Of a stretch of 50,618 nucleotides of DNA, positions 28,086 through 40,828 are shown piece after piece. The translations under genes and the position numbers were made by a program. The first letter of the stretch is position 1. The number at the start of each line of letters is the position of its first letter. The notes under the pieces were generated by a model. The model saw nothing but the letters and a program-made list of their open reading frames with translations, ran no database searches and had not been told where the DNA came from. This stretch comes from Actinomycetota bacterium (GTDB taxonomy: Bacteria; Actinomycetota; UBA4738; HRBIN12): NCBI GenBank assembly GCA_052388025.1, contig JBQTIP010000149.1:1-50618 (forward strand). Reading direction: 5' to 3'.

Positions 28086-29983
28086 CAGAGCCGGAACCCC
28101 ACGTAGACGAGGATGCCGACCACGCCGATCAGGAACGCCAGCGCGTAGTTGCGGACCAGCCCGGTCTGGATGCGCCGCCCGCTCGACGCGAGCGTCCCGA
28201 CGAGCTGCCCGACGCCGTTCACCGCGCCGTCGACGATCTGCTTGTCGAAGACGTAGGCGAGGAACGCCGAGCCCGCCTGCCCCGGCGTCGCGATGACCGC
28301 CGAGTACGCGTCGTCGAAGTACCAGCCGCTTGCGAGGAACCGCTGGAGAGTCGACAGGCGCACGCGAAGCGCCACCCAGTCGACCCTCCCGGAGCCGTAC
28401 AGGAGCCAGCCGATACCGATGCCCGCAAGGGCAACGGCGACGGAGATCGCGGAGAGCATCGCCTCCGACAGCCCATGTGTCGGCTCGGCCACCTCACCCA
28501 GTACCGGAGCCAGGAACTCCGGAAGGATCCCGGTCACCGCCGAGATCCCGAGGAACCCGCCGGCCACGGCCCCGATGGAAAGGACCGCAAGCGGGAGGGT
28601 CATCACCGGCGGCGACTCGTGCGCGTGCCTTTCCGAACGGGGCGCGCCGAAGAACGCGAGGAATATCAGCCGCGCGATGTAGAGCGCGGAGAAGAAGGAA
28701 GCGGCGAGCGCGACGATCCAGGCGAACGTGTGCTCTGTGTGGTTGGCGGCCGCGAGGATCTGATCCTTGCTGAAGAACCCCGCGAAGGGAGGAACTCCGG
28801 AGATGGCGAGCGCCCCGATCGTGAACGCAGCGGCGGTGGCCGGCATGGCCTTCGCCAGCCCACCCATCCTCCTCAGGTCGGCTTCGTCGTCGAGGCCGTG
28901 CATCACGCTCCCCGCAGAGAGGAACATCAGCGCCTTGTAGAAGGCGTGGGTGACCAGCAGGAAGATCGCCGCGGCGTAGGCTCGAAGGCCCAGGGCGAAG
29001 AACATGTACCCCAACTGGCTGATCGTCGAGTAGGCGAGCACGCGCTTGATGTCGTCCTGCCCCAAGGCCGCGGTCGCAGCGTAAAGCGCGGTGAGGAGCC
29101 CGACCACCAACACCACTGTTAGAGCGACGCCGGAGATCTCGAAGAAGACGTGCGTCCGGGCCACCAGGTACACGCCGGCCGTCACCATCGTGGCGGCGTG
29201 GATCAGAGCGGACACCGGCGACGGCCCCTCCATCGCGTCGGGGAGCCACACGTGCAACGGGAGCTGCGCAGACTTCCCGACGGCACCCGCGAGGAGTAGC
29301 AGGGCGATCACCGAGTAGACCCCGGTAGACGGAAAGGCGAAGACTCGGGCCGCGCCCGGCGTGCGCGGGTCCGTTAGCACCTGTGAGAAGTCGAGCGACC
29401 CCAGGCGCAGGAAGACGAGGACGATCCCGATCATCATCGCCGTGTCGCCGATCCTCGTCACGACGAAGGCCTTCTTTGCGGCGTTGGCGGCCAATGGACG
29501 CTCGAACCAGAACCCGATAAGCAGGTACGAGCAGAGCCCCACCCCCTCCCACCCGACGTAGAGGAGCAGGAAGTTTTCGGCCAGCACCAGCGTCAGCATG
29601 AAGAACACGAACAGGTTCATGTAGGCGAAGAAGCGGCCGTATCTCGGGTCGCCGCGCATGTACCCGATCGAATAGACGTGGATCAGGAACCCGACACCGG
29701 TGACGATCAGGATCATCGTTACCGACAGCGGATCGACACGGAGATTCACGGCCACGTCGAAGCTCCCGGCCGAGATCCAGTCGAACACGTGCCGGACGTA
29801 GACCCGTTCCTCTCCTGGCAGGCCCGGCAGGTCGCTCAGCACGAGCAGCGAGAAAGCGAACGCCGCTCCCACGCTGAGGCAGGCGAGCCAACCGGCGAGC
29901 CGCCCGAGGCGCTTTCCCAGGAACAGGTTGACCGCGGCCCCGGCGAGCGGCAGCGCGGGGACGAGCCAGACCGCCTTCAGCAT
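28085..29983 (-). CDS. nuoL: NADH-quinone oxidoreductase subunit L
   Basis: GKSAQLPLHVWLPDAMEGPSPVSALIHAATMV. Confidence 0.95.
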   Translation of the reverse strand: MLKAVWLVPALPLAGAAVNLFLGKRLGRLAGWLACLSVGAAFAFSLLVLSDLPGLPGEERVYVRHVFDWISAGSFDVAVNLRVDPLSVTMILIVTGVGFLIHVYSIGYMRGDPRYGRFFAYMNLFVFFMLTLVLAENFLLLYVGWEGVGLCSYLLIGFWFERPLAANAAKKAFVVTRIGDTAMMIGIVLVFLRLGSLDFSQVLTDPRTPGAARVFAFPSTGVYSVIALLLLAGAVGKSAQLPLHVWLPDAMEGPSPVSALIHAATMVTAGVYLVARTHVFFEISGVALTVVLVVGLLTALYAATAALGQDDIKRVLAYSTISQLGYMFFALGLRAYAAAIFLLVTHAFYKALMFLSAGSVMHGLDDEADLRRMGGLAKAMPATAAAFTIGALAISGVPPFAGFFSKDQILAAANHTEHTFAWIVALAASFFSALYIARLIFLAFFGAPRSERHAHESPPVMTLPLAVLSIGAVAGGFLGISAVTGILPEFLAPVLGEVAEPTHGLSEAMLSAISVAVALAGIGIGWLLYGSGRVDWVALRVRLSTLQRFLASGWYFDDAYSAVIATPGQAGSAFLAYVFDKQIVDGAVNGVGQLVGTLASSGRRIQTGLVRNYALAFLIGVVGILVYVGFRL

Positions 29984-29990
29984 CCCTCGA

Positions 29991-30296
29991 TCACCACCTC
30001 AGCAGGCTGGCGTCGTCGACGTTCGCGCTCTGACGATGCCGGTAGATGGAGACGATGATCGCGAGGCCCACGACGACCTCCGCGGCGGCGACGACCATGG
30101 AGAAGAACGCGAGGACCTGGCCGTTCAGGTTCCCCTGCTGCCGGGAGAACGCCACGAGGGCGAGGTTCACGGCGTTCAGCTGGAGCTCGACGGACATGAA
30201 GATGACCAGCGCGTTCTTCCGGACGAGCACACCGACCGTTCCGATGGTGAAGAGAACCGCCGAGAGCACCAGGAAGTAGGAGATCGGGGTCCTCAA
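29991..30296 (-). CDS. nuoK: NADH-quinone oxidoreductase subunit K
   Basis: MSVELQLN and [10 protein letters not shown]. Confidence 0.95.
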   Translation of the reverse strand: MRTPISYFLVLSAVLFTIGTVGVLVRKNALVIFMSVELQLNAVNLALVAFSRQQGNLNGQVLAFFSMVVAAAEVVVGLAIIVSIYRHRQSANVDDASLLRW

Positions 30297-30871
30297 GCGG
30301 CCGGCTCCGAGGCGTCCGCCCTGATGGCCTCGGCCGCCGCCGCGGTCAGGGCAGTGGGCCGGCGCTGAGCGAGCACCATCGCGGCTATGGCCGCGATGAT
30401 CAGCAGGATCGACGTGACCTCGAAGGGCAGGAGGTAGTCCCGGAACAGCACCCCGGCGAGCGCCTGCGCGTTGCCCCCCTCGTTCACGACCGCGTCGAAG
30501 TCGGCGGGTGCCCGGCCGGCGAACCCGACACCCGCCCGCACGGCGAAGAAGATCTCGGCGATCAGCCCGACCCCCAGCAGGACCGCAAGCGGGCGCTGGG
30601 CCCTGAGGCGTTCCACAAGGCTCTCGTCGCGGTCGACGCCCAACAGCATGATCACGAAAAGGAAGAGCACCATGATCGCGCCCGCGTACACGATGATCTG
30701 CACGGCGAACAGGAACGGCGCGCCGAGCACGAGGTAGAACACCGCGAGCGTGAAGAAGTTCACGATCAGGAACAGCGCCGCATGGACGGCGTTGCGCTGG
30801 AACAGCATCAGGACGGCCGACGCGACCGAGATGGGGGCAAAGACCCAGAACACGATCCAGTCGGCCTGCAC
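30293..30871 (-). CDS. nuoJ: NADH-quinone oxidoreductase subunit J
   Basis: [16 protein letters not shown] and LPFEVTS; GTG start after GGAGGG. Confidence 0.93.
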   Translation of the reverse strand: MQADWIVFWVFAPISVASAVLMLFQRNAVHAALFLIVNFFTLAVFYLVLGAPFLFAVQIIVYAGAIMVLFLFVIMLLGVDRDESLVERLRAQRPLAVLLGVGLIAEIFFAVRAGVGFAGRAPADFDAVVNEGGNAQALAGVLFRDYLLPFEVTSILLIIAAIAAMVLAQRRPTALTAAAAEAIRADASEPAA

Positions 30872-30873
30872 GT

Positions 30874-31374
30874 CTACACGCCCTCCTTCACCCCGGGCGT
30901 CGTTCCCAGGAGCGGCGGCGGCTCGAGCAGCTCCTCCTTCGTGAGGATCGCGTCCTCCCGAGAGGCGTAAGACATCTCGTAGTACGAGGTGAGGGTCAGC
31001 GCTCGCGTCGGACACGCCTCGACGCAGAGGCCGCACATGATGCAGCGTAGGTAGTTGATCTGGTAGTCCTTCGCGTACCGCTCCCCCGGCGAGACCGGCG
31101 CCTCGGGATCGTTGTCCGCGCCCTCCACCCAGATCGCGTCTGCGGGGCAGGCGAAGGCGCAGAGCTCGCAGCCGATGCACTTCTCCAGTCCGTTCTCGTA
31201 CCGGTTCAGCAAATGGCGACCGATGTGCGACCTCGGCGGCGGAGGCAGGATGTCCTTCGGGTATTCCTGGGTGACGTCCTTGCGGAACATCTGCTTGAAG
31301 ACCGTGCCCATGCCCTTGGCCATCGCCCCGATGGCGTCGCCGAAGCCCGGGGGCCGGTCCTGGCGCTCGCTCAT
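30874..31374 (-). CDS. nuoI: NADH-quinone oxidoreductase subunit I
   Basis: [12 protein letters not shown] and [12 protein letters not shown]. Confidence 0.95.
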   Translation of the reverse strand: MSERQDRPPGFGDAIGAMAKGMGTVFKQMFRKDVTQEYPKDILPPPPRSHIGRHLLNRYENGLEKCIGCELCAFACPADAIWVEGADNDPEAPVSPGERYAKDYQINYLRCIMCGLCVEACPTRALTLTSYYEMSYASREDAILTKEELLEPPPLLGTTPGVKEGV

Positions 31375-32495
31375 GCCCTCGCCTCCTCCGGTGCCTTCCG
31401 TCGTGGCGCGAACAGCGGCCAGAGAAGCGACGCCACGAGCGCGGCGCCGACGAGCGCCGCGGCGCCGACGATGACCGTCCGTCGGCTGTAGACATCGGGC
31501 AGGACCACGACGGCGCCCGTGGCGAGGACCCAGAGCAGCCCGAAGGGGATCAGGAACTTCCATCCGAAGCTCATGAGCCGGTCGTAGCGGAACCGGGGCA
31601 GCGTCGCCCGCACCCAGATGTACACGAAGATCACGAGCATGAGCTTCCCGACGAACCACAGGAGCGGCCAGAGCCAGGTCAGGAAGTCCGGATGCGGTCC
31701 GCGCCATCCGCCCATGAAGAGGGTGACGGCGATCGCGGCGACCGTGACCGTGTTCAGGTACTCGCCGAGGTAGAACATCGCGAACTTGATGCCCGAGTAC
31801 TCCGTGTGGAAGCCCGCCACGAGCTCCGTCTCGGCCTCGGGCAGGTCGAAGGGCGGCCGGTTGGTCTCGGCGAGCCCCGCGATCAGATAGATCACGAAGG
31901 CCGGGAACTGCGGCACGATGTTCCAGATCCTGTCTTGCGCCGCAACGATCTCCGACATCCGGAGCGAGCCCGAGTACATCAGGACCGCCACGAGCGCGAG
32001 GCCCATGCCGACCTCGTAGGAGATCATCTGCGCGGTCGAGCGGATGGCCCCCAGCAGCGGGTAGTTCGAGCCGCTCGACCATCCAGCTAGCACGATCCCG
32101 TAGACCATCATCGACCCCATCGCCAGGACCCAGAGGATTCCCACGTTGAGGTCCGCGATCTGGAACGGCACCCGCCGTCCGAAGAGGGTCACCCCGGTCC
32201 CGAACGGGATCACGGCGAATGCGAGGAAGGCCGGCAGCATGGAGATCACCGGCGCGACGAGGTACACGGGCCGGTCGGCGAGGGTCGGCGTGATGCCTTC
32301 CTTGAAGAACAGCTTGATGCCGTCGGCGAGCGTGATGAGGATGCCCCTGGGGCCGGCACGCGTGGGGCCGATCCGCGTCTGCATGTCGGCGATGACCTTT
32401 CGCTCGATCCAGATCAGGAGCATCACCGAGACGAGCAGGCCGAAGAACACGATCACCACACGAGCTGCGAGCAGCAGCCAGTCGAGCCAGTCCAT
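31371..32495 (-). CDS. nuoH: NADH-quinone oxidoreductase subunit H
   Basis: [13 protein letters not shown] and [10 protein letters not shown]. Confidence 0.96.
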   Translation of the reverse strand: MDWLDWLLLAARVVIVFFGLLVSVMLLIWIERKVIADMQTRIGPTRAGPRGILITLADGIKLFFKEGITPTLADRPVYLVAPVISMLPAFLAFAVIPFGTGVTLFGRRVPFQIADLNVGILWVLAMGSMMVYGIVLAGWSSGSNYPLLGAIRSTAQMISYEVGMGLALVAVLMYSGSLRMSEIVAAQDRIWNIVPQFPAFVIYLIAGLAETNRPPFDLPEAETELVAGFHTEYSGIKFAMFYLGEYLNTVTVAAIAVTLFMGGWRGPHPDFLTWLWPLLWFVGKLMLVIFVYIWVRATLPRFRYDRLMSFGWKFLIPFGLLWVLATGAVVVLPDVYSRRTVIVGAAALVGAALVASLLWPLFAPRRKAPEEARA

Positions 32496-34901
32496 CTACG
32501 AGTCACTCCCCACGACCGCGGCCTCGGCCTCAGGAACGGCCTCGAGAGCGGCCTGGGTGCTGAAGCGGCCCGACAGGATCGTGTTGGCGGCGAACCCGGG
32601 CTGGTTGAACGGCACGAAGGCCGCGCCCCTCGCGATGTGCTCGGTCACGCGGGCGGGGAGCGTCGCCTCGCCCGCCTCCGAGCGGATCACCGCCAGCTCG
32701 CCGTCGGCCAGGCCGAGCCGGTCGGCGTCCTCGGGGTGCACCTCGACGAATGCGCCCTCCTCGAGCGCCGCCTTCAGCTCGTCCGCGCCTTCCGATAGCC
32801 GCCCCTCGTCCACGAGCAGCGGATAGGAGAACAGCAACAGCCCCTCGCCGGCCGTCGGCTCCTCGGCCCCACCGTCGGCTACGGAGCGAAGTCGGGGCTC
32901 GTGCGGGGCCAGCAGCCCACCAAGCTCCTCTTGGAGCTCCTCCAGAGTCGTGAAGGCGAGATCGCCGCCCATGGCCAGCGCGAGGCCCGCGAAGATCTCC
33001 CAGTCCGGCCGCGAGAGTCCTGCCGGGCCGCGAACCGGCCGCAGCCGCTGGCCGCGGCCCTCCCATGTGGTGAAATGACCCTCCTTCTCGAGGAAGCCGG
33101 CCGCGGGGAGCGCCGCATCGGCGAACGGCTCGAGGCCCCCCAGCTCCAGGGACTGAACCACCTTGTGTCGAACGTTCTCGAGCGCCCGGCGAGCCAGGGC
33201 CGCATCGGGGAAGTCCCGCAACGGGTCGACGCCGATCAGGAACAGCACGTCGATCTCGCGGTTCGCCGCCGCCTCGAGGATCCCCCGGGTCCAGCGTCCC
33301 TGCTCCGTGTTTGCAAGCGGCCCCCAGACCGACTCGACCTCCGCGCGTTCCTCCGCGGTCCCGATGAGACGACCGCCCGGAAGGAGCCCGGGGTGCACGC
33401 CGGCCCGAAGCGCCCCGCGGTCGTTCGCCCGCCGGGACGCGTATGCGAACCGCGAGCCCGCCCTCGAGGCCAGGGCACTCGCCCTGTTGACCCCCTGGGG
33501 GTGATCGGCGAGCCTCGGGCCCGCGATCACGATGCCCGCCTCGCCGGCCCGGGAAAGCGCATCGAACGCCTCTTTAAGCGGCGAGCCCTCCCCGGAACCT
33601 GTCCCGGTCCGCTCGAGGAGCGCGGCCTCGGCGCCCGGGAGGCACAGGATGTGCTCGGCCACGTCCCACAGGCGCGTGCGTCGGGGATGCAGGACGAAGA
33701 TCCGCGCTCCTCGCCTCGCCGCCTTGCGTATACGCAGATGCAGGATGGGGAGCTCCTGCTCGGCGTCGAGCCCGGCCACCAGGATGACGGCCGCTCGCTC
33801 CACGTCCCGGTAGGTGAGCTGTGTGGGCCGCTCCGCCACCCAGGGCTCCGACAGCCCCGCTCCAAAGTCTCGCCGGTGGTCGACGTCGTTGGTCTCGAAC
33901 ACCGTCCGCGCCAGCTTCGAGAGGGCGTAGTAGTCCTCATCGGTCAATCGTCCCCCCGTGAGGAAGGCCACGCGGGCGCCCTTCGACCATTCGGCGATCC
34001 TCGAGAACACTTCGCCGAACGACGCCGGCTGCAGGCCCCGATCCCGGATGAGCGGTGTGGTCAGGCGCCGCGGCGAGTCTGCGAATCGGAACGCGAACCG
34101 GCCCTTGTCGCAGAGCCACGCGTCGTTCACCTCCAGGTTGTCGCGCGCGAGGTGCCGGACGACCTGCCCCCGGCGCATGTCGAGCTTGATGTTGCAGCCG
34201 CTCGCGCAGTGCGGGCAGACGGTGTCGACGCTCGACAGGTCGAAGGGCCGCGCGACGAACCGGTAGGGAGTCGCCGTGAGGGCGCCGACCGGGCAGATCT
34301 GGATCGTGTTGCCCGAGAACGGAGATCGAAAGTCCTCCCCGGCAGCTATCGCCACCTGCTCTCCGGCGCCTCGCGCGAACAGCTCGATGAACCGATCGCC
34401 GGAGATCTGGTCGCAGAAGCGAGTGCAGCGCGCACACAGCACGCAGCGCTCGCGGTCGAGCCCGACCAGCGGCGAGAGCGGGATCGGCTTCTCGAACACC
34501 CGCTTGGACTCGATGAAGCGGCTCTCGCCCGGACCGAATGCGAGGGCCTGGTCCTGGAGCGGGCACTCGCCACCGCGGTCGCAGATCGGACAGTCGAGGG
34601 GGTGGTTCAGCAGCAGGAACTCGAGGTTGGCCACCTGCGCACGCCGCGCCTCCTCACTCGCATTCTGCGTCCGCACGGCCATCCCCGGCGCGACCACCGT
34701 AGTGCACGACGTGAAGAGCTTGCGCTGGCCCTCGATCTCCACGTAGCACTGGCGGCAGGCGCCGATCGGGTCCAGCAGGGGGTGGTCGCAGAACCTAGGG
34801 ATCTCGATACCGAGCTGCTCCGCGGCACGGATGATGAGCGTTCCGGCGGGGACCGTCACCTCCTTGTCGTCGACCGTGAGCGTGACCATCTCGTCGCTCA
34901 C
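32496..34901 (-). CDS. nuoG: NADH-quinone oxidoreductase subunit G
   Basis: [25 protein letters not shown] and CPHCASGC...C (N7-type); GTG start overlaps the nuoF stop. Confidence 0.95.
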   Translation of the reverse strand: MSDEMVTLTVDDKEVTVPAGTLIIRAAEQLGIEIPRFCDHPLLDPIGACRQCYVEIEGQRKLFTSCTTVVAPGMAVRTQNASEEARRAQVANLEFLLLNHPLDCPICDRGGECPLQDQALAFGPGESRFIESKRVFEKPIPLSPLVGLDRERCVLCARCTRFCDQISGDRFIELFARGAGEQVAIAAGEDFRSPFSGNTIQICPVGALTATPYRFVARPFDLSSVDTVCPHCASGCNIKLDMRRGQVVRHLARDNLEVNDAWLCDKGRFAFRFADSPRRLTTPLIRDRGLQPASFGEVFSRIAEWSKGARVAFLTGGRLTDEDYYALSKLARTVFETNDVDHRRDFGAGLSEPWVAERPTQLTYRDVERAAVILVAGLDAEQELPILHLRIRKAARRGARIFVLHPRRTRLWDVAEHILCLPGAEAALLERTGTGSGEGSPLKEAFDALSRAGEAGIVIAGPRLADHPQGVNRASALASRAGSRFAYASRRANDRGALRAGVHPGLLPGGRLIGTAEERAEVESVWGPLANTEQGRWTRGILEAAANREIDVLFLIGVDPLRDFPDAALARRALENVRHKVVQSLELGGLEPFADAALPAAGFLEKEGHFTTWEGRGQRLRPVRGPAGLSRPDWEIFAGLALAMGGDLAFTTLEELQEELGGLLAPHEPRLRSVADGGAEEPTAGEGLLLFSYPLLVDEGRLSEGADELKAALEEGAFVEVHPEDADRLGLADGELAVIRSEAGEATLPARVTEHIARGAAFVPFNQPGFAANTILSGRFSTQAALEAVPEAEAAVVGSDS

Positions 34902-36259
34902 GACAGCACCTCCGAGAGGGGAATGAAGGCCGGCTCGCCGCGTGCCGCGCTCGGCTCGCCCGTATCCACTTGTTCCGCGCTCGGTCCCGGGCCCTTCCCG
35001 GTGAATGGGCACCGCCGCTCGCGGACGTGAGCCTCGTACTCGTCCCGGAAGTGATTGAGCGTGGAGCTGATCGGCGAGACGGCGCCGTCGGCGAGCGCGC
35101 AGAAGGCCTTGAACAGGATGTTTCCCGCGACCTCCTCGAGCAACGCGAGGTCCTCCATCCGACCGTAACCGGCCTCGATGCGCCCCAGGATCCTGGTCAC
35201 CCACCAGGTCCCCTCGCGGCACGGCGTGCACTTGCCGCAGGACTCGTGCGCGTAGAACTGGACGAGGCGGCGGGCCGCCTCGACCATGCAGTCACCTTCG
35301 TCCGCGACGATCAGCGCGCCGGTGCCCAGGAGCGACCCGGCTGCGGCGATCGATTCGAAGTCCAGGCCGACGTCCAGCTGCTCGGCCGTAAGGAACGGCG
35401 TGGACGAGCCCCCGGGCGTCCAGGCCTTCACCTTCTTCCCGCCTGTGACGCCGCCCGCGTGCTCCTCGATCAGAACCCCGGCCGGCGTGCCCATGGGGAT
35501 CTCGTAGTTGCCCGGCCTGTTCACCTTCCCGGATACGGAGAAGACCTTGGTCCCGGGCGACTTCTCGGGTCCGATCGCGGCGAACCACGCCGCGCCCCTC
35601 TCGATGATGTGCGGCACGTTGCACAGGGTCTCGACGTTGTTGATCACGGTGGGACCGGCATAGAGGCCCTCGATCGCGGGGAACGGCGGGCGCAGCCGCG
35701 GCTGGCCCCGGTAGCCCTCGAGGGATTCCAGGAGCGCCGTCTCCTCGCCGCAGATGTACGCGCCCGCGCCCCTGTGAAGCACGACGTCCAGGTCATGGTC
35801 GGCGCCAGCGATGCCCTTGCCCAGGAAGCCATTCGCGTAGGCCTCTCCGAGCGCCCGCTCGAGCACCATCCCCGGCCACAGGAACTCGCCGCGGCAGTAG
35901 ATGAATGCGGTGTGGCACTGAACGGCGTACGCGGCGATCGCGGTGCCCTCGATCAGCTGATGGGGGTCGCGCTCGACCAGCTCCCGGTTGTTGAACGTTC
36001 CGGGCTCCGATTCGTCGAAGTTCACGACGACGTAGGTCGGCTTGCCCGTCCCCCGGGGCACGAACGACCACTTGACGCCCGTCGGGAACCCGGCGCCGCC
36101 CCGGCCCCTGAGGCCCGAGGCTTTCACGGTTTCGATCACATCGCCGGGCGCCATCTTCAGGGCCTTCTTCAGAGCCTCGTACCCGCCGGTCTTGCGGTAG
36201 CCGTCGATCGAGACGGCCTCATCGTTACCCCAGCGCGCGGTGATGATCCGGTCGGTCAC
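34898..36259 (-). CDS. nuoF: NADH-quinone oxidoreductase subunit F
   Basis: GRGGAGF, GAGAYICGEET and ESCGKCTPCREG. Confidence 0.96.
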   Translation of the reverse strand: MTDRIITARWGNDEAVSIDGYRKTGGYEALKKALKMAPGDVIETVKASGLRGRGGAGFPTGVKWSFVPRGTGKPTYVVVNFDESEPGTFNNRELVERDPHQLIEGTAIAAYAVQCHTAFIYCRGEFLWPGMVLERALGEAYANGFLGKGIAGADHDLDVVLHRGAGAYICGEETALLESLEGYRGQPRLRPPFPAIEGLYAGPTVINNVETLCNVPHIIERGAAWFAAIGPEKSPGTKVFSVSGKVNRPGNYEIPMGTPAGVLIEEHAGGVTGGKKVKAWTPGGSSTPFLTAEQLDVGLDFESIAAAGSLLGTGALIVADEGDCMVEAARRLVQFYAHESCGKCTPCREGTWWVTRILGRIEAGYGRMEDLALLEEVAGNILFKAFCALADGAVSPISSTLNHFRDEYEAHVRERRCPFTGKGPGPSAEQVDTGEPSAARGEPAFIPLSEVLS

Positions 36260-36822
36260 TGGGCGCCTCGCATCCCGGCGAGGGTCCGAGAGGCGTCCTT
36301 GAACTCACCCGGGAACGGACCGCGGGAAGGCGGCGGCGGCTCGTCGCGCCTCAGCGCCTCGATCAGCTCGCCGATCCTCTCCTGCGTCATCCGGTCGTAG
36401 TTCGCGAAGTTGACCTGCACCACCGGGGCGGCGTCGCAGGCCCCCAGGCATTCCTCCTCGTGCAGCGTGATCTTGCCATCGTCGCTCATCTCCTCCGCAT
36501 GCGGACCGAGGAGGTCGTGGGCCTTCCGGTAGAGCCCGTTCGCGCCCCTGAGCGCGCAGGAGAGGTTCGTGCAGATGGAGACCACGTACTTCCCGGTGGG
36601 GCGCAGGCGGAGCATCGTGTAGAAGCTCGCGACGGCCTCCACCTCGGCGGTCTTCAGGCCGAGCAGCCCGGCCACCTCCCGCAGACCCTCGCGCGTGACC
36701 CGCCCCTCCACCGACTGCACGAGATACAGAAGGGGAAGAACCGCCGAGCGCTCGCGTCCCTCCGGATATCGGCGCTTGATGCGCTCGGCTTCCTCGCGGA
36801 GCTCCGCCGAGAGCACCGCCAT
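36256..36822 (-). CDS. nuoE: NADH-quinone oxidoreductase subunit E
   Basis: VASFYTM, CTNLSC and ECLGACDAAP. Confidence 0.95.
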   Translation of the reverse strand: MAVLSAELREEAERIKRRYPEGRERSAVLPLLYLVQSVEGRVTREGLREVAGLLGLKTAEVEAVASFYTMLRLRPTGKYVVSICTNLSCALRGANGLYRKAHDLLGPHAEEMSDDGKITLHEEECLGACDAAPVVQVNFANYDRMTQERIGELIEALRRDEPPPPSRGPFPGEFKDASRTLAGMRGAQ

Positions 36823-38099
36823 CAGCGGTCCACCCCGCCCATGACCGGGTCCACGCTCGCGATGGCCGCGATCGCGTCGGCGACGAGCCCGCCCTCCACC
36901 ATCCTCGGGACCGACTGGAGGTTGACGAACGACGGATCGCGGATCCTCACGCGGTACGGCCGGTTCCCACCGTCGGAGACCACGTAGATGCCGAGCTCGC
37001 CGCGAGGCGACTCCACCACCTGATAGGCCTCGCCGGCGGGGACCTTCACGCCCTCCGTCACGATCTTGAAGTGGTGGATGAGCGCCTCCATGGACTCTTC
37101 CATGATGTGCTTCACGTAGGCTTCGGAGTTTCCGATGCCGTCGGGGCCGACCTCCAGGCGGCCCTGCCAAGCGACCTTCGGGTCCTGCACCATCACAGGA
37201 CCGTCGGGCAACGTATCCAGGCATTGCTCGACGATCGAGAGCGATTGCTTCATCTCCTCGATGCGGACCTCGTAGCGCGCCAGGCAGTCCCCCTCCGTCC
37301 GAGCGGGGACGTCGAAGGCGTAGCGCTCGTAGCCGCTGTACGGCTCGTCCTTGCGGATGTCCTTGGCCACGCCGGCCGCCCTGAGGACCGGGCCCGTGAC
37401 CCCGAGGGCGAGGCAGTCCTCAGCCGAGAGATAGCCGACGCCCCGGTTCCGCTCCAGCCAGATGGGATTCGATGAGAGCAGGCTCTCGAACTCGCCGATG
37501 CGGCCGGGGATGACCTCCAGGAAGCTGCGGACGCGGTCTTGCGCCTCGTCCTGAAGGTCCATCACCAGACCACCGATCCGGATGAACGCGTGGTTCATCC
37601 GAAGCCCCGAAACCATCTCGAAGATGTCGAGGATCGTCTCGCGCTCGCGGAAGCCGTACAGCATCACCGAGACGGCGCCCAGCTCAAGCCCGCTCGTCGC
37701 GAGCCACACGAGGTGAGACGCGATCCGGTTCAGCTCGTTGAACATGACCCGGATGACCTGCGCTCTCGGGGGCGCCTCTATACCGAGGAGCCGCTCGACC
37801 GCCAGGCAGTAGGCCAGCTCGTTGAAGAAGGACGAGAGGTAGTCCGCCCGCGTCACGTAAGTCACCGACTGTTGCCAGGTGCGGTACTCGCAGTTCTTCT
37901 CGATGCCGGTGTGCAGGTAGCCGATGACCGGCCGGCAGGACACCACCGTCTCGCCGTCGAGCTCGAGGACCAGTCGAAGCACGCCGTGCGTCGAGGGGTG
38001 CTGGGGGCCCATGTTGACAATCATGGTCTCCCGGCGGATCTCGCCGGTCGTCTGGGGCTCCGGCGGCGCCTCAGCCCGCGCCGCGGGCTCGGCGGTCAC
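36822..38099 (-). CDS. nuoD: NADH-quinone oxidoreductase subunit D
   Basis: [22 protein letters not shown] and DPVMGGVDR. Confidence 0.96.
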   Translation of the reverse strand: MTAEPAARAEAPPEPQTTGEIRRETMIVNMGPQHPSTHGVLRLVLELDGETVVSCRPVIGYLHTGIEKNCEYRTWQQSVTYVTRADYLSSFFNELAYCLAVERLLGIEAPPRAQVIRVMFNELNRIASHLVWLATSGLELGAVSVMLYGFRERETILDIFEMVSGLRMNHAFIRIGGLVMDLQDEAQDRVRSFLEVIPGRIGEFESLLSSNPIWLERNRGVGYLSAEDCLALGVTGPVLRAAGVAKDIRKDEPYSGYERYAFDVPARTEGDCLARYEVRIEEMKQSLSIVEQCLDTLPDGPVMVQDPKVAWQGRLEVGPDGIGNSEAYVKHIMEESMEALIHHFKIVTEGVKVPAGEAYQVVESPRGELGIYVVSDGGNRPYRVRIRDPSFVNLQSVPRMVEGGLVADAIAAIASVDPVMGGVDR

Positions 38100-38589
38100 G
38101 TGGTCCTCCGGTCGACCGGGGGAATGAAGGCGCCTTTGTATCGCGTGTTCACGCCGCCCAGCTCCTCGGTCTTGCGGAGGGGATACCCCTCCCAGTCGTC
38201 CGGCAGCAGGATGCGGCGGAGGTCGGGGTGCCCGTCGAACACCACTCCGTAGAAGTCGTAGGTCTCGCGCTCGTGCCAATCGGCGGTCGGGTGAATTGAC
38301 GTGACCGAAGGCACTCGGGGATCGTCGCCGGGCAGCCCGACCTTCACACGCAGCCGGTGATGGTGCTCCAACGAGAGAAGCTCGTAGGTCACCCAGAAGC
38401 GGGGCGTCTGCTCGGGCCAGTCCGTCGCCGTCACGCTCGAAAGGAAGCGGAGCCCGATGTTCGGGTCATTCCGCAGGAACGCCAGCGCCTCGAGGAGCTC
38501 CGAGCGATCGACGAGCACCGTCACCTCGCCGCGGGTCACGACGATTTCGGGAAACCGGATCCTGACGTGGTCGGCGAGCTCGTCCGCCG

Positions 38590-38593
<4 letters not shown>
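38096..38593 (-). CDS. nuoC: NADH-quinone oxidoreductase subunit C
   Basis: [15 protein letters not shown] and YPLRK. Confidence 0.95.
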
Positions 38594-39097
<504 letters not shown>

Positions 39098-39108
<11 letters not shown>

Positions 39109-39532
39109 CGACGGCCTCCCGCTGCGGCGCCTCGTCCGTGGGTCGCGAGGCGGCCTCTGGGCGAGGCGGAGGCTTCTCCCACTCCAGGCCGCCTTCCTTC
39201 CACACGTAGACGTAGGCCACGAAGACCAGCCCGATGAACACTGCCATCTCGACCAGCCCGAAGAGCCCCAGCTCGCGGAACGTCACCGCCCACGGGAACA
39301 GGAAGATGGTCTCGATGTCGAAGATGATGAACAGCATCGCCACGACGTAGAACTTCACGGAGAAGCGCTCGCCCTTGGGCAGCCGCTCCGGCTCGATCCC
39401 GCACTCGTAAGGGCTGAGCTTGGCCGGGGTCGGCCGGTTCGGCCGCAGCAACGACGAGACCCCGAGCGAGGCGACGGCGAACACGAACGCCAGCCCGGCG
39501 AGGATCACTATCGGCAGGTAGTCCGCCAGCAC
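39098..39532 (-). CDS. nuoA: NADH-quinone oxidoreductase subunit A
   Basis: PYECGIEP and [12 protein letters not shown]. Confidence 0.95.
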
Positions 39533-39544
39533 GTCAGCGCCTCC

Positions 39545-40807
39545 TCATGATGCCGGCGCCAACCGCTCCAGCACGTATATCAGCTTGTCCTGCGCACCGC
39601 CGCTCCTTCCGTCCGTGAGGTTGGCCATGAAGCGCATGGCGAACTTCATCAGCCACTCACGGGGCAGGCCGTAGTCGGTGAAGGCCTTCATCGCCGCGGG
39701 GTTCCCGATCAGTCGAACGAAGTTCCGCCCGATGTGAAAGTACCGGCCGTATCGCTGCTGCAGCGCGGTCGGGTACATGTGCGCGAGCCCGGGCCGGCTC
39801 TTGACCAGCGCCTCGTGGACCAGCTCGGCGGCCAGCTCGGCCGACTCCATCGCGTAGGCGATGCCCTCGCCGTTGAACGGGTTCACGAGGCCCGCCGCGT
39901 CGCCGATCACGAGCATCCCGGGGACCGCTTGAGGGACGCGGTTCATGCCCATGGGCAGCGGCCCGGAGAGCACGCGTCCCTCGGCCGACTCCTCGCCGAT
40001 GTTCCACTCCGGAGGGAGCATCCTCGCGAATGCGTCGAACACGCGCTGGGCGGAGACGTCCTTGAAGTTCTTGAAGGTGTTGAGCAATCCGGCGCCCAGG
40101 TTGACCGTCCCACCCGTCAGGGGGAAGAGCCACCCGTAGCCCGGGAGGAGGGAGTCGCCCTCCCATAGATCCATCCATGCCTCCAGCCAGGGCCCCGGAT
40201 GGCGATCGATGCGGTAGTAACGGCGGGCGGCGATGCCGAGCGGCCTCGTGGCGTCCCGCCGGACCCCGGCCTGCCCCGCGAACCGGGACGACGCGCCGTC
40301 GCAGGCCAGGACGAATCTCGCGCGGACCTCGGTCGTGGCCGAGCCGTCCCCCGCGTCCGGCGTCCGGATCATCGCGCCGGTGACCCATCCGTCGGAGAGG
40401 AGCGGCGACACGGCCTCGGTGCGCTCCATGAGCCGGGCGCCGGCCTTCTCGGCGCGACGGGCCAGCAGCTCGTCGAAGTCCATCCGGGTGCGGACCAACC
40501 CGTAGCTCGGGAAGTCGTTGAGGTCGGGCCACAGCAGCTCGAGCTTCGTCCGCCGCGAGTAGACCCGCAGGCCGATCGTTCGCTCGAATCCGGGCTCGTC
40601 GGGGTCGATGCCCATCCGGAGCATCGCGGTGACCCCCCGGGGAGTCAGGCCGTCGCCGCAGACCTTCTCCCGTGGGAAGGCCGCCCTCTCGACCAGCAGG
40701 ACGTCCACGCCGTGGCGGGCGAGGTGGTAGGCCGCGGCGGACCCCCCCGGGCCGGCGCCGACCACGAGCACGTCGGTGTCGATCCGCGCGTTCGCCGTGC
40801 TCGGCAA
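39545..40807 (-). CDS. Geranylgeranyl reductase family flavoprotein (menaquinone reductase MenJ-like)
   Basis: VVGAGPGG, FPREKVCGDG, GYGWLFP and GDAAGLVNPFNGEGI; first gene of the nuo operon. Confidence 0.9.
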   Translation of the reverse strand: MPSTANARIDTDVLVVGAGPGGSAAAYHLARHGVDVLLVERAAFPREKVCGDGLTPRGVTAMLRMGIDPDEPGFERTIGLRVYSRRTKLELLWPDLNDFPSYGLVRTRMDFDELLARRAEKAGARLMERTEAVSPLLSDGWVTGAMIRTPDAGDGSATTEVRARFVLACDGASSRFAGQAGVRRDATRPLGIAARRYYRIDRHPGPWLEAWMDLWEGDSLLPGYGWLFPLTGGTVNLGAGLLNTFKNFKDVSAQRVFDAFARMLPPEWNIGEESAEGRVLSGPLPMGMNRVPQAVPGMLVIGDAAGLVNPFNGEGIAYAMESAELAAELVHEALVKSRPGLAHMYPTALQQRYGRYFHIGRNFVRLIGNPAAMKAFTDYGLPREWLMKFAMRFMANLTDGRSGGAQDKLIYVLERLAPAS

Positions 40808-40828
40808 GGCCTCCCTACCCCCGAACGC

